NCBI GenBank assembly: GCA_013265495.1
Contig: MU058463.1
Coordinates: 3,393,037 to 3,457,036 of the forward strand
Reading direction: 5' to 3'
Origin: Vicugna vicugna
Lineage: Eukaryota
Length of the DNA stretch: 64,000 nucleotides
Under the pieces are notes generated by a model. The model saw only the letters and a list, made by a program, of their open reading frames with translations, did not search any database and had not been told where the DNA came from. Below are positions 53,708-64,000 of the stretch, one piece after another. Made by a program: the position numbers and the translations under genes. Positions within the stretch are counted from its first letter, which is position 1. Every line of letters begins with the position of its first letter.

Positions 53708-54145
53708 CATGTCCATTGCAATGCTATTCAAAATAGCTAAGAGGTGGAAGCAACCCATTGTCCAAGGACAGAAGAAGGGATACACAAAGTGTGGTATGTA
53801 CATACAGTGGATATCATGGGATATTATTCAGCTTTAAAAGAAGAGGAAATCCTATCTTATGCTACAACATGGATGAACCTCGAGGACATTAAGCTAAGTG
53901 AAATTAGCCAGTCACAAAAAGACAAATACTGTGGGGTTCCACTTACCTGATGTATCTAAAGTAGTCAAATTCACGGAAATAGCAGAAGGGTGGCTACCAG
54001 GGCCTGGGAGGAGAAAGAAAAGGTACAGAGTTTCAGTTTTGCAAGATGAAAACTGGAGATGTAGGACAACAGGGATATGCTTAACACTAATGAACCGTTA
54101 CAGTTATAAATGATTAAGGTGGTAAATTTTATGTTATGTGTTTTT

Positions 54146-54287
54146 GTTTGTTTGCTTTTTTGTTTTGAAGGGGGAGATCGTTAGGTTTAATTATTTATTT
54201 ATTTTTGGAGGAGGTACTGGCGATTGAATCCAGGACCTTGTGCATGCTAAGCATGCACTCTACCACTTGAGCTATACCCTCCCTGTC
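54146..54287 (-). mobile_element. Camelid Vic-1-type tRNA(Ala)-derived SINE with 14-bp TSD
   Basis: Reverse strand reads gggagggtatagctcaagtggtagagtgcatgcttagcatgcacaaggtcctggattcaatcgccagtacctcc...aaataaataaataattaaacctaacgatctcccc plus an A-rich tail. Flanked by direct repeat tgttatgtgttttt (54132-54145 and 54288-54301). Confidence 0.85.
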
Positions 54288-55984
54288 TGTTATGTGTTTT
54301 TTAATAACAATAAAAAAAGATGTAGATTTTCAAAGGCTGAACTACTCTCTAGATCCTCTGTTGCTATATTCTGCCTGTCTCCCTGCCTGCTACTTGGTAC
54401 CCACTGCCTCTGCTGTGGCCCCTCAGATGCCAGCCTTGCATCTCAACCAGCAGCCCTGAAAGGAAGTATGTCTCCTGTGCATCTCCTATGAGAGCACGTG
54501 AGCAACTTCATTTAAGTAATCCACAGCTGATAAAATCATTTCAGAATTCCTTTTTCCACAGGTAGCAATAACTGTTCTTCCTAGCAGGCCTGAAAGAGAA
54601 AAGGCAATTCCCTGCACATCCATGTCTAAGGACCAAAAATGGCCTTGGGAAATTGAGCACATCTTTGAAAGCACTGATAATCCCTCACCTTAACAAAAAT
54701 GCTATAATTCTGAGATATTTATTTTAGTTTGGGCTCGAGATCAAATTATTCACCTAATGTACTTTCAGGAACTCCACTGTTTCCCTTTACATTTCAGTCA
54801 TGCTGTTCTATTTTCCTACAACTAGATCTCAACCAATAGGAAATTTTTGAAAGGTGTCAGTGGGTTTTGATTGAAAAGATTTTCATTAAAATCCAGACCT
54901 TAATTATTAGCAGAAATGAAATAAAAATATCTCATTGACTAAACACAATTTAAAAAAAAACCCTGCTGTGGAAATTCTTTTTCTCATCTCCTAGCATGCT
55001 CTATTTTGCACTGCAAAGAACTTTTCCTTTCTTTAAGAAAATAGCAATTCTCCTTTATTCGACAGTGAATTGTTAAATCCTCAAGTCTCTGTCTCTCCTC
55101 TCTTCCTAACTTCCTTTGACTATTTCACATCCTTTTGGACACACTATGAGAATATTAAAGAACAGAAATAAGGGAAGGTGAAAGTCAACAGAGGAAATGA
55201 TCCAAAAACTTATCATAAATTATATCCCAATGAAGTAACAGCCCTCCAAAGAAGTGCCTTGCAGATGATGGAATTATTCTAATATCAAGGAATGGTAGTG
55301 TTTTGTCCATGATTGAATGGCCTAAGAATTGTAATTGTAAATGTCAAGTGTGTACTGGCAAACCCAGAAAGCCCAGGTTGCACGGCCTGACTAGAAGGAA
55401 TTTCTAATACATTTTTAAGTTGTGCCAAGTAGTTCTTGTGAACAGTTTTAAGAAGTTTGTAGACCAGGTTATACTCATTTTTTTTCTTTTACTGACTCTG
55501 GTATCAAAAAAAAATACATCAAAGAAATATAAAAATGACTTAAGCCATAAGCAGGAAAGCAAATCCTTTAATTAAATCCTTTAATTAGATGATAGCCTGA
55601 CGTAGCTGAACTGTGCTTTTCCTGAACAGAAAAAAAAAAAAAAGGAAGTATGGCCTTCTTACTTCTCATATTTTCTATAAGCAGAAAAGAACTAATGGTG
55701 TCTTATTTCTATTGTCTATAAGCTTATCAAATTTTCATTACTGTAGGAATACTATCAAGTCATCATCAATAAATTTTAAAATCTTAGATCTTCTCAATTA
55801 TAAGCACACCTTTAACTTATGAATCACGTTTCAGTTACAGAAACTGATAGCATGTATAAAATCAGTAAATAGAGCAGAAATAATGCTTAAATAAGAATTT
55901 TAATAGGAATAGTGTTCAAATCCAAAATATTCAAGGTTTTGCTACTTTAGAAGAATAAATGCATTTTCAAAAATCCCTGTTAAG

Positions 55985-56110
55985 CATGGGTCACAGGGAG
56001 GCATGCATTTGTCAAAACTCTGCAAAATGTGCAAACTATGCACTTACACTGTGTCCACTTAGCTATATAGAAATTATACCTCAATTGTAAAAGAAATTTA
56101 AAAAAAAAGC
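55985..56110 (+). mobile_element. Old L1 3' tail
   Basis: catttgtcaaaactc...tatatagaaattatacctcaat...aaaaaaaa. Confidence 0.65.
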
Positions 56111-57274
56111 ATTCTCGACCATAAGTCCCAAATAGGTACCGTCATTTAATATAAAAGTCCAAAAATAGAAAGGTTCAGGCTGTTTACTATTGATTTGTGC
56201 CGTCACCTTAAAACTTCTGTCTGCTCTTACTTCAACCACTATGTGATCACTGGATCTGTTCCTAGGGGAAATGTGCTGCGAGGCAATTGAACTAACTCTT
56301 TCTGTATTTCTCACACACCTTGTTCCCCAGCATTCATGATTTAGAGAATGCAAGGTAGATTCTGAAGGGTACATTCATATCAAGGGGATTACATGAAAGT
56401 ATTAGCTTTTCTTGTGACTAAAAGGGCTTTTCTTTGTTCTCTTACCAGGGGAAAAGGTTTGCTTTGGGCAAGCTCCCCATGGCAAACATCTTTGAGAAAT
56501 GAATTCTGAAGTGCATTCAATCATGTCTTCAGGACCGTCTAGTTCAAGCATTTAAAAAGGATAGTGGGACATTGTTCCTCACCACTCTCTCTGTCTTTGA
56601 TGGGTGATCTTAGTCAATCTAAGATTTTGATACACTTCTGAGGACACTTCAGAAAGAGTCTTCATAAAAGGGACTTTATAAAAGATTCCACATTTACTAA
56701 ATCAAAAAAAAAATTCCTTCATGAATGCTAACCGTAAAATTAGTTCAAATCCAGAAGTTTTCAGGAAAGGATTATTAAAACTTGATCCAACTTTTTGCTC
56801 CTATTTACAAATGAAGTTTATACAGCACTTTAACTACTGGTGAATTTATGAAGTTTCTCAATAAAGGCTTTTAAGTCATCAGATGAAAAACAAATCCCTT
56901 GTATCTATAGTAGTACTGCCCCAGGCAAGAGTAGAGAAAGTAAAAAGAAGGAAAATAAGGTCTGGCATAAGATCTCTTCTCATTTTTCTGCTTTTCAGGA
57001 CACGCTTACAGGATCAGGTAGTCTGTCAAACTGATGCACTAGAGTGAAACGGCTTTAAAGATCTAATCCTTTCCCTCCGTTTTACAAAATTGAGACTCAA
57101 TTTCTTGTGACTTGATTAAGGTCACTCATGGGTATCAAATAAGGACTCTTTTACATGGTTTCCTTTATATTTTCCCTCGATGTGAGGTTAAACTTCAATT
57201 AAATATTCTGATGTCTAAAACACTGCTTTCTTATAATAATAAAAAAAATCTGTTTAGATTCTCTGTAATTAATC

Positions 57275-57485
57275 AAAAGCACAGTCTGTGTAACCAGACA
57301 GGCCTGGATTCAAATCCTAGCTCCAAATCATAGGTCCACATATGACCTTGACTGCACTTCTAAAGCTCCATTTCACTACCTATAAAATCATGAAAAATAA
57401 TTCCTCACCCCAAAACTGTGGTGAGGGTGGAAAAAAGACTCCATGGATGAGGTGCCAAGGAGATCCTGTAATAGGTAGTCAATAT
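57275..57485 (+). mobile_element. MIR SINE
   Basis: ccagacaggcctggattcaaatcctagctcca...tatgaccttg...tttcactacctataaaat. Confidence 0.7.
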
Positions 57486-59199
57486 TGTATTTTAAATTCT
57501 AGATGAGGAATGTGGATGTATACCTCAAAATTATTTGGCTTTGACCGGGAGACCTGTGACTAGACTTACTGAAACAGAATTCAATTAAATAACCTAAAAT
57601 GTAATTATCAAATCTATAAAAATTATTTCTTGAGCTCAACTTGTAGGTATATCGTGATGGTCCAGAAAGAAGCTACCACTCTGTCCTGTCCTGAAAAATT
57701 AATACCCACAAAGTCAATATTGAGCTATAAAAAATGATCAAGTGCTCGGTTGTGTTTAGCTGTCTTAAAGTGCTAGGGAAAAAGGGGAAGAGACAGATCT
57801 CACTGAGGCTTAGAATAGACATCCAGGGCTGGGTGGCAGAAATATGAATGAAGGTGGGATCGAAGATGGGACAATCACTGGGAGGGAAGAGAAAGTGGCC
57901 ATCTCTAGGGCTCTGTGTCTGAAGGGAAGAACAGGTTCAAAACTAAGCAAAATATCCCTACCCCAAATGCATCCATATAATTCCTCATTCACATCACAAC
58001 CTATATTGCTACTTGGCTATTTGATGCAACTGAATGTTGACCTTGTTTTTATCAAGACAGGGAGGATGAGTACTCTGCTCAAAACAGCCAGATCTGGAAT
58101 TAGCACTCACAACCCTAGACCATATTGCTCATTCCCTTAGCATTATTCCTTAATCATGTTCTTTAGACCATATTTCACATTTTCAGTTCATCTTTTCAAA
58201 TGCAAATTGATTTTCTACTTTGACTCCCAGAAAGCCCTGCACAGAAGCCCCCAAATCCAAGATTCTTGTCCCACCTATGTCACTAGCTAGCTGGGAAACC
58301 AAGAATGAGCCACGCAGTCTCTAGGTGAATTGCTATGATGTATGGCTCCTCTTGGATCCGAAATTTCACAGATCCAATGGGGATTTAGCTGATTGGAAGA
58401 CAACAGAGTAATATCCAGTGTATATCGCACAGCCTGAATTTCTACCTTCTGTTTTATACAATCCTCGGGCAAGACTGTCAGTCAGTATTATTTCTTTCTA
58501 TCCCTTAAAAACTGAATTCAAGAATGGACAGGAAGAATTTATTATATGGCTCTGCCTGATAAATAAATATCCTAAATTCGAATGCAGCTCTGATTATTCC
58601 CACGCCCCCTATAGGTGTCAGACCCCTCGACAGTTAATAAAAAGCCAGAGATAGCCTGACAATAACACTTCAAGACATAGCAGGAAAGGAGGAGAAAAAC
58701 CGCTGGAGAACATGAGGAGGGAATTTTAGTTCTCTCCTAGGGCACTGGCAGGGCTTGAGAAGGATGGATCCTGCTCTTCCATGTGGGTGGGGACCGACGC
58801 GGACTTGAAACTTAGGCTCGAAAACAGAGCAAAGAGTAGCGCCCCCCATTCTGGAAAAACAAAACAAAAACTAAACAAGTCTTAGGTATCACGGCGGGAT
58901 ACTTAACAGAAAGAAAAGTCCTAGCGGGCATTAAAAGTTCAGGTTAACACGTTCTAACCTATAGCCCCAGCGCATGGCTGAGTGCGTGAAAACTTGCTCT
59001 TGGTTTAGGCTCGTCATTTGAAGAACTTACAGCCGTGACAAACTCACAGCCTCCCAGGACGCGTCCCTGGCCGAGGACTGCCCTCTGCAGCGGCGGGCAG
59101 GTCCTGCTGATGCTGACCAGGCGTCGCCCGAGGCGAAAGGTTGCCGCGCGGTCGCAAGGGGCGGGAGGAGTCTGGCGGTGATTGATAGGGACGGGACGA

Positions 59200-59421
59200 A
59201 TGAATAAAAGTACTTGTCTAGGGACAACAACGACCCCGAGCAAGCTGCGGAGGCTACACGGTCAGGCATTCCCTCAGCGTTTCGTCAGAGCCAGACCCGC
59301 CTGCAGCTGAAGAGAGGCGTGCTCTGTTCCCGGGTAGCCTGGAACCCAGTTGCTAGCCAAGCGCGTCCCGGGAAGGAGGTCCCCGCTGGTCGCTCTGCGC
59401 CTGCTGCGTCCGGTCCGCGAG
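59200..59421 (+). pseudogene. EDNRB: Upstream alternative EDNRB exon homologous to the exon encoding the human long-isoform N-terminal extension; coding potential disabled (uORF 59200-59310)
   Basis: ATG at 59200 reads MNKSTCLGTTTTPSKLRRLHGQAFPQRFVRARPACS*REACSVPG*PGTQLLAKRVPGRRSPLVALRLLRPVRE|gtaaat. This closely resembles the recalled human extension MNKSTCLMAAETPSKRWRLHCLAFSQRFVRAGPACSSREACS...LPGRWSPFVALHLVCQIRE. Donor GT at 59422. Confidence 0.75.
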
Positions 59422-59502
59422 GTAAATGTTCTGGCTTGGTGTTGAATTAAAATCAGTGATTGAACCTTATCCTGGGGCTTCAGCTTGGATTACTAGTTTG
59501 GG

Positions 59503-59530
59503 GTTTTGTTTTGTTTTGTTTTGTTTTTTT
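59503..59530. repeat. (GTTTT)n simple repeat in the EDNRB promoter
   Basis: gttttgttttgttttgttttgttttttt. Confidence 0.85.
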
Positions 59531-60177
59531 CAAACAAACCGTTTAGATACAGGGAATTAAAGTGGCGTTAGAGTGACGGGGAGCGCGTGTGTTTGAATCC
59601 ACTTGGAGGGGACAGAAGCTTACGAGTTAATGCAGATACTATCTCAATCGGGCCGAGTTGAGAAGTGTCCGAGGTTTTCCGAGGCAGCCGGCACTCCTGG
59701 GAGCGCCGGGGAAACCCGAGCGCAGGCAGCCGGGAAGCAGCAGCTTTCACCCATGGGGAGGAGTCCTGGCGTCCAGACACCGGGTACCCCGGGTTCCCGC
59801 GGAGTAAAATTCAGATTGGTGCATGCCCCTGGCCTCTAGATGCCTTGTTTCCCCGCTTCCCACGCGCCCTTAGCCAGAACGTACTCGTCTCCCTCAGGGC
59901 ATCCCAGGAGCTTAAAGCTTTGCTTTGGACCCCATCCTCTTCCAGAATATCCCAGCCCCACTGGGAGTCATTTACCCCTCCGGGGACGCAGGGGAGAAAA
60001 AAACAGCGAAACTTGGTTCCGGAAAGACAGCCGAGGCGCGCAGGCGGGTCGCGCGCGCCGGAGTTCCCCACTGGCGCGCAAACTTGAGTTACTTCTGCGC
60101 ACGGATAGTGGGGGCGCGGCTGCGCGCTGCGCTAGCAGTTTGCAGGGGCGTGGCTGGGGTAGCTGACCCAAGTGTCC

Positions 60178-60204
60178 CGTCTTCCTTCCCTTGCCGCTCT
60201 CCAG
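60178..60204 (+). other. EDNRB: Splice acceptor (polypyrimidine tract + CAG) inside the EDNRB 5' region for upstream alternative first exons
   Basis: cgtcttccttcccttgccgctctccag| at 60178-60204, 52 nt upstream of the main ATG. Matches the position of the human acceptor used by upstream exons. Confidence 0.7.
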
Positions 60205-60256
60205 ACTCAGAAAGCTGAGGAGCGGCCACCCGACGCCCACTGGAGCAGGCAGCAGC

Positions 60257-60733
60257 ATGCAGCCGCTGCCCAGCCTGCGCGGACGCGCCCTGGTGGCGCT
60301 GATACTTGCCTGCGGCGTGGCAGGGGTCCAGGCAGAAGAGAGGGGATTCCCGCCGACCACCCTGCCACTTCTGGGGACTGGAGAGATAATGGAACCCCCC
60401 ACTAAGACCTCCTGGCCCAGGGGGTCCAACGCCAGCATGCCAAGGTCGTCCGCACCTCCGCAGATTAAAGGAGGGAAGATGGCGGGAACTCCACCACGAA
60501 CCCTCACCCCTCCCCAGTGCGAAGGATCCATCGAGATCAAGGAGACTTTTAGATACATCAACACTGTGATATCCTGCCTGGTGTTCGTGCTGGGCATCAT
60601 TGGTAACTCCACACTGCTGAGAATCATTTACAAGAACAAGTGCATGAGAAACGGCCCTAATATTTTGATAGCCAGCCTGGCCCTGGGAGACCTGCTGCAC
60701 ATCATCATTGACATACCCATCAATGTCTACAAG
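60257..60733 (+). CDS. EDNRB: Endothelin receptor type B, first coding exon (159 codons: signal peptide, extracellular N-terminus, TM1, ICL1, TM2); gene continues beyond the window
   Basis: Translation [20 protein letters not shown]...[68 protein letters not shown] matches the known EDNRB N-terminus/TM1-TM2. ATG at 60257 has A at -3 (agcATG). The exon ends at AAG|gtaaag (phase-0 donor at 60734), the conserved exon 1 boundary after VYK. The NAS sequon and PPQC cysteine are retained. Confidence 0.98.
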
Positions 60734-60879
60734 GTAAAGGGTGCCTGCTAACATCACGACGGGAGGGTGCCTGGTTAGGAAGGGGGAGAGGGGAGAGCCT
60801 CTGAGGGGAGCTTACTCAAGAAGATCTATCCCCTCCTAAATGTATGTAATCATTGGAGCCGAACCCCCCTTCTGATTTC

Positions 60880-61240
60880 AGTAGCCCCCTGCTAAGCCTG
60901 GAAAGCCTAGTCCCTGGACCAGCAGCATCAACATCACTTGGGAACTTGTTAGAAATGGCATCTTACGATCCCACCTCAGAAACTCTGGGGTGAAGCCCTC
61001 CATGTGATTATGATGAAGTTTGAGAGCCACTGGTCCTGAAGGACCTTATCCTTCAGTCCAGCTTTCCAGGGTACGTTCTCTCTACTCAGAGATTGATGGT
61101 CCATGGACTGGCAAGATTGGTATCACCTGAGAACCTTTTAGAACTGCAAGTCCACCCCAGACTTACTAAATCAGTATCTGCATCTTAAAATACCTAGGTG
61201 ATTCATATGCATACTAACCTTGGGAAACTTTTAAAGGATT
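60880..61240. mobile_element. Two adjacent MER5A/B-type hAT MITEs in EDNRB intron 1
   Basis: ccctggaccagcagcatcaacatcacttgggaacttgttagaaatg...gtttgagagccactgg; second copy ccccagacttactaaatcagtatctgcatcttaa...ggtgattcatatgca. Confidence 0.7.
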
Positions 61241-63049
61241 CTTGAAAGTAGAGGGGCTGGAATAGGTTTTTAGGATACAAATGGCCTAGAAGAGGGAGAC
61301 CCAGATGGGTGAGTAGGAAAATACAGTTCACCTGCTGCAAATGACTGACCTGTACCTGCTCTTTACTGAGTGCCTTCAGTGGGCCAGGCACTGGGATAGA
61401 TGTGTTACTTTCCTTTACTCCTTCTGACAACCCATGAGTAGATATTACTCTGTTTTACAGATGATTAGTAGAATGTTCAAGGTCTCACAATGATTAAGTG
61501 ATGGAGGTGAGAATCAGGCTCAATCTGTCAGGTTCCAAAATGCAGCTGTACCCCACCAATTACTTTGTGGACAAGACTGAGAGCACTCAGATTAAAGCCT
61601 CTTACAGTTTCAGTAGCTAACATTATTGTGTGATTACTATGGGTATCAGAGGAAACAGGTGTGAGGAGCTAGGGCAGGACATAAACCCCCACACTATTTG
61701 ACTCTTTTAACTATTTGACACTTGCTTTGGAACTCCGGACACTTTCAACATCTCTGGGCCTCGGTGTCCTCAGTTCTATAATAAGGCTGCTAGTGCCCAC
61801 CTACTGGAGTTTTGTGGTGTTAAGAAAAATAGCCTAAGTGAAAGAGCTGGAAAATTTTAAAGCATTGTGCAAACATGTAAAACTCTGCTTCCCCATCGTG
61901 ATCAGCAATAGAAAGTCACCCATAAAAACAGAACCAAAAGTGTGAGGGAATGGAAATGTACTTTGGGGATTTGTCTAAAGCTAGTCCTGGGCTCAATACA
62001 AGGGGAAAAAATGGCATGTATGTTTGAGAAAGGGTTGTGGGGGATACTTTGATCTTTGTGGCGGGAGAAATCGCCATACGGCATGCCTTTAAATGACCTG
62101 TCATGAATCTCTGAAAATCCTAATCCAAATAGCCCTATCTTAAGGAATTCTAGAGATTTCTGAGGTTTAAAGATATGATTTGGATTAGGATCTAGGAGGT
62201 CCTAGAAGGAAACACTCCCAGAAATGGGGGATAAATAGAAGAAATTCTAAACTCTTGCATTGTAACCAGTCCTTATAAACTCTGAGGGTTTCCTTGGAGT
62301 AGCACAGGCTGAAATGGGTCCCTTAAATGCAGTCACAGCTCCATTACAGCCAGAAGTGAACCATTTAGGGAGTCGTACAGACCAAGTCTTCCCATTCCAC
62401 TTGGGTAGAGGAATCTCAATTCAATTCATCAAACTTCAGAAACTTTAGAGTACAAGATGTGAGGAATTTTAAAATAAGTGAAATAAGATCCTTTGAAAAG
62501 GGAGATTACATCTAGTGTTGCTAGACTTGCACAGGGTTTTGTGTAAGGTCTGTTTAGGGAGGTCCCAGGAAACCCGACGTGGTCAGCCCAGTTAGAAATT
62601 CTCCTAAGTCAGCCAGTAGACGAAGTGCTTAAAGAAGGTGGAATTGAAGACATTTTGCCTCCAGACCAGATGTAAATCAGCTCTTCCAGGACCATCTAAC
62701 TTTCTCTGTCTGGCCAAATTATTACATTCACTAAGCCACAGAATATCCTGCTTCTTAAGGGGAAAGACAGCTTTTCCTTTCATTTCAAGTTCTTTTATGA
62801 TTTCCCTAGGAAGTTACATCCTTTTGCCTGAAACTTGTCTGTTAAAGCTGTGTTTCTATTTCTGAAGTAAACAAACTAATGAGTCATTACAAATCTGGCC
62901 ATCTAGTCATCTGTATTGGTCACGAACAAATCCATCACATAGAATTAGGCCCCATCGTAGGTTTGCCATCAGTGAATCCTACATGGTGACCTTTGGCTTA
63001 TTTTTATAGTGTACAAAAATATGTGTCATTTGAGATGTAAGATAACAGT

Positions 63050-63270
63050 AACGGCTACCATTTATTATGTACTGGGTACTTGGTTTCATTCATTAAATCA
63101 CTGCAACAAACCTATGGAGTAAGTATTGTTATCACCCCTGTCTTTATTGGGAAACTACATTTGGGGAGGTGAAGAAGTAACTTGCTTGATGTCACATCAC
63201 TACGAAGTAATGAAACTAGGACTTGAACCCGGGCCGTCTGGTCCTGGAACCTGTTGTCCCCCTTATCACC
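63050..63270 (-). mobile_element. MIR SINE
   Basis: gctaccatttatt...taaatcactgcaacaaacctatggag...gaggtgaagaagtaacttgcttgatgtcacatc...ggacttgaacccggg. Confidence 0.65.
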
Positions 63271-64000
63271 CTACACAGCGTGCTCTTCTCCAACCTGGAG
63301 TATTGTGAGGACCTCATCTGAATGAGTGGTAGAATTGTGTGACACACTACCACACAGTAGGATACTTGGTAAGCATTTTCAGTTTTAATTTGAGTCATCT
63401 GAAGATTTCTATCTCCTGAAATCCCCTTCAGATGATCTGTAATGTATAATATTGGTAATATCACTGTTTGTCATTCTAAAGGCTTTATTTACAAAAACAG
63501 CTAATCCAGGACTAGTTAAAAGCCATTTATTCCTGTAAATAATTGTGACACCTTATAAGTCTAAAAAATGCACTTAGAATCTCAGAGTATTATACTTTAC
63601 ACAAAGTAAGTTAAGTGCATTATGAATGCCATTTAAATTTATCCTAAAGTGGAGACTTGAATCTCTAAACCAGTGATTTCTAATTTTGTTTTGGTAGGAT
63701 GTTAACAATTCACTTGAGAATCCAGTTACTTATATATGTTATATATCACATATAATTAATATATAAAAAAGGTAATTAATGCATACATTATAATTAATAT
63801 ATAATATAATATACATATATGTACATGCACACATTCACAATTTCTGAGAGTTCATAGAATCCCCCAACTCATCTGTTGGGATACCCAGGGGCCTGAAAAC
63901 ATCAACATGAATCTATCACTTTAATCTAAAGTTCAGTAAATCTAGCATTTTATAAAGCTGACAAACCACAAAATGTTATAGATCTTGTTGGAAGTCATAG

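Larger units (their letters stand above)
53210..54320 (+). mobile_element. LINE-1 3' region (L1MA/MB-type), interrupted by MLT1A0 and a Vic-1 SINE
   Basis: ctatggaaaacagt...accatatgatccagca...gatatttgcacacc | catgtccattgca...; ORF 53744 reads YYSALKEEEILSYATTWMNLEDIKLSEISQSQKDKYC; tail ggtaaattttatgttatgtg. Confidence 0.9.
58950..60600. promoter_or_regulatory. EDNRB: CpG island / EDNRB promoter
   Basis: Abrupt rise in GC and CpG density (e.g. gcgcgcaggcgggtcgcgcgcgccg ~60035-60060) against a CpG-poor background. SP/KLF GC box GGGGCGTGGC at 60145-60154. Overlaps the first coding exon. Confidence 0.9.
60734..64000 (+). other. EDNRB: EDNRB intron 1 (5' part)
   Basis: GT donor at 60734. Downstream sequence is repeat-rich with no further EDNRB coding sequence in the window. 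Confidence 0.92.

Noticed and set aside
53744..53950. ORF with recognisable protein similarity (also 9238-9441)
   Set aside because: C-terminal remnants of L1 ORF2p; truncated and non-functional.
54210..54283. tRNA-Ala(AGC)-like sequence on the minus strand
   Set aside because: It is the head of a SINE: followed by a SINE body and A-rich tail, flanked by a 14-bp TSD, with a degenerate B box.
50990..55587. Short tandem microduplications (aaatttgtctt x2 near 50990; aaatcctttaatt x2 near 55561)
   Set aside because: Ordinary replication-slippage products with no array structure.
4023..58207. Scattered perfect octamers (ATGCAAAT/ATTTGCAT near 4023, 21653, 40627, 40930, 49025, 58200)
   Set aside because: About six hits is close to the handful expected by chance in 64 kb of AT-rich DNA.
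60191..60751. 186-aa ORF as a complete single-exon gene
   Set aside because: It starts at a TTG. The real start is ATG 60257, and the reading frame leaves at the splice donor 60733/60734; VKGAC* is intron read-through.
59968..60757. Two long antisense ORFs (219 aa and 222 aa) over EDNRB exon 1
   Set aside because: Shadow ORFs expected opposite a GC-rich coding exon; no recognisable protein features.
1..64000. CRISPR array, rRNA, NUMT or prokaryotic-type system
   Set aside because: No regularly spaced repeat-spacer structure, rRNA or mitochondrial sequence was recognised; the content is consistent with mammalian intergenic DNA.

Overview
Mammalian genomic DNA, very probably camelid (Camelus/Vicugna/Lama), judged by a Vic-1-type tRNA-Ala-derived SINE at 54146-54287. 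The window covers ~59 kb of gene-free, repeat-rich upstream sequence (old L1, L2, MIR, MLT1 LTRs, hAT-Charlie/MER5), then the CpG-island promoter, first coding exon (60257-60733, + strand) and start of intron 1 of EDNRB (endothelin receptor type B). The most notable observations are: (1) an apparently perfect head-to-tail 2,103-bp tandem duplication (9590-11692 / 11693-13795) ~46-51 kb upstream of EDNRB, either a very recent structural variant or an assembly artefact; (2) a recognisable homologue of the upstream exon encoding the N-terminal extension of the human long EDNRB isoform, here disabled by two stops and a frame shift so that it reduces to a 36-codon uORF; (3) candidate SOX and POU/SOX enhancer motifs. 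No prokaryotic-type system, CRISPR array or other intact gene is supported. Repeat subfamily names were assigned by eye from remembered consensus sequences, and most repeat boundaries are approximate.
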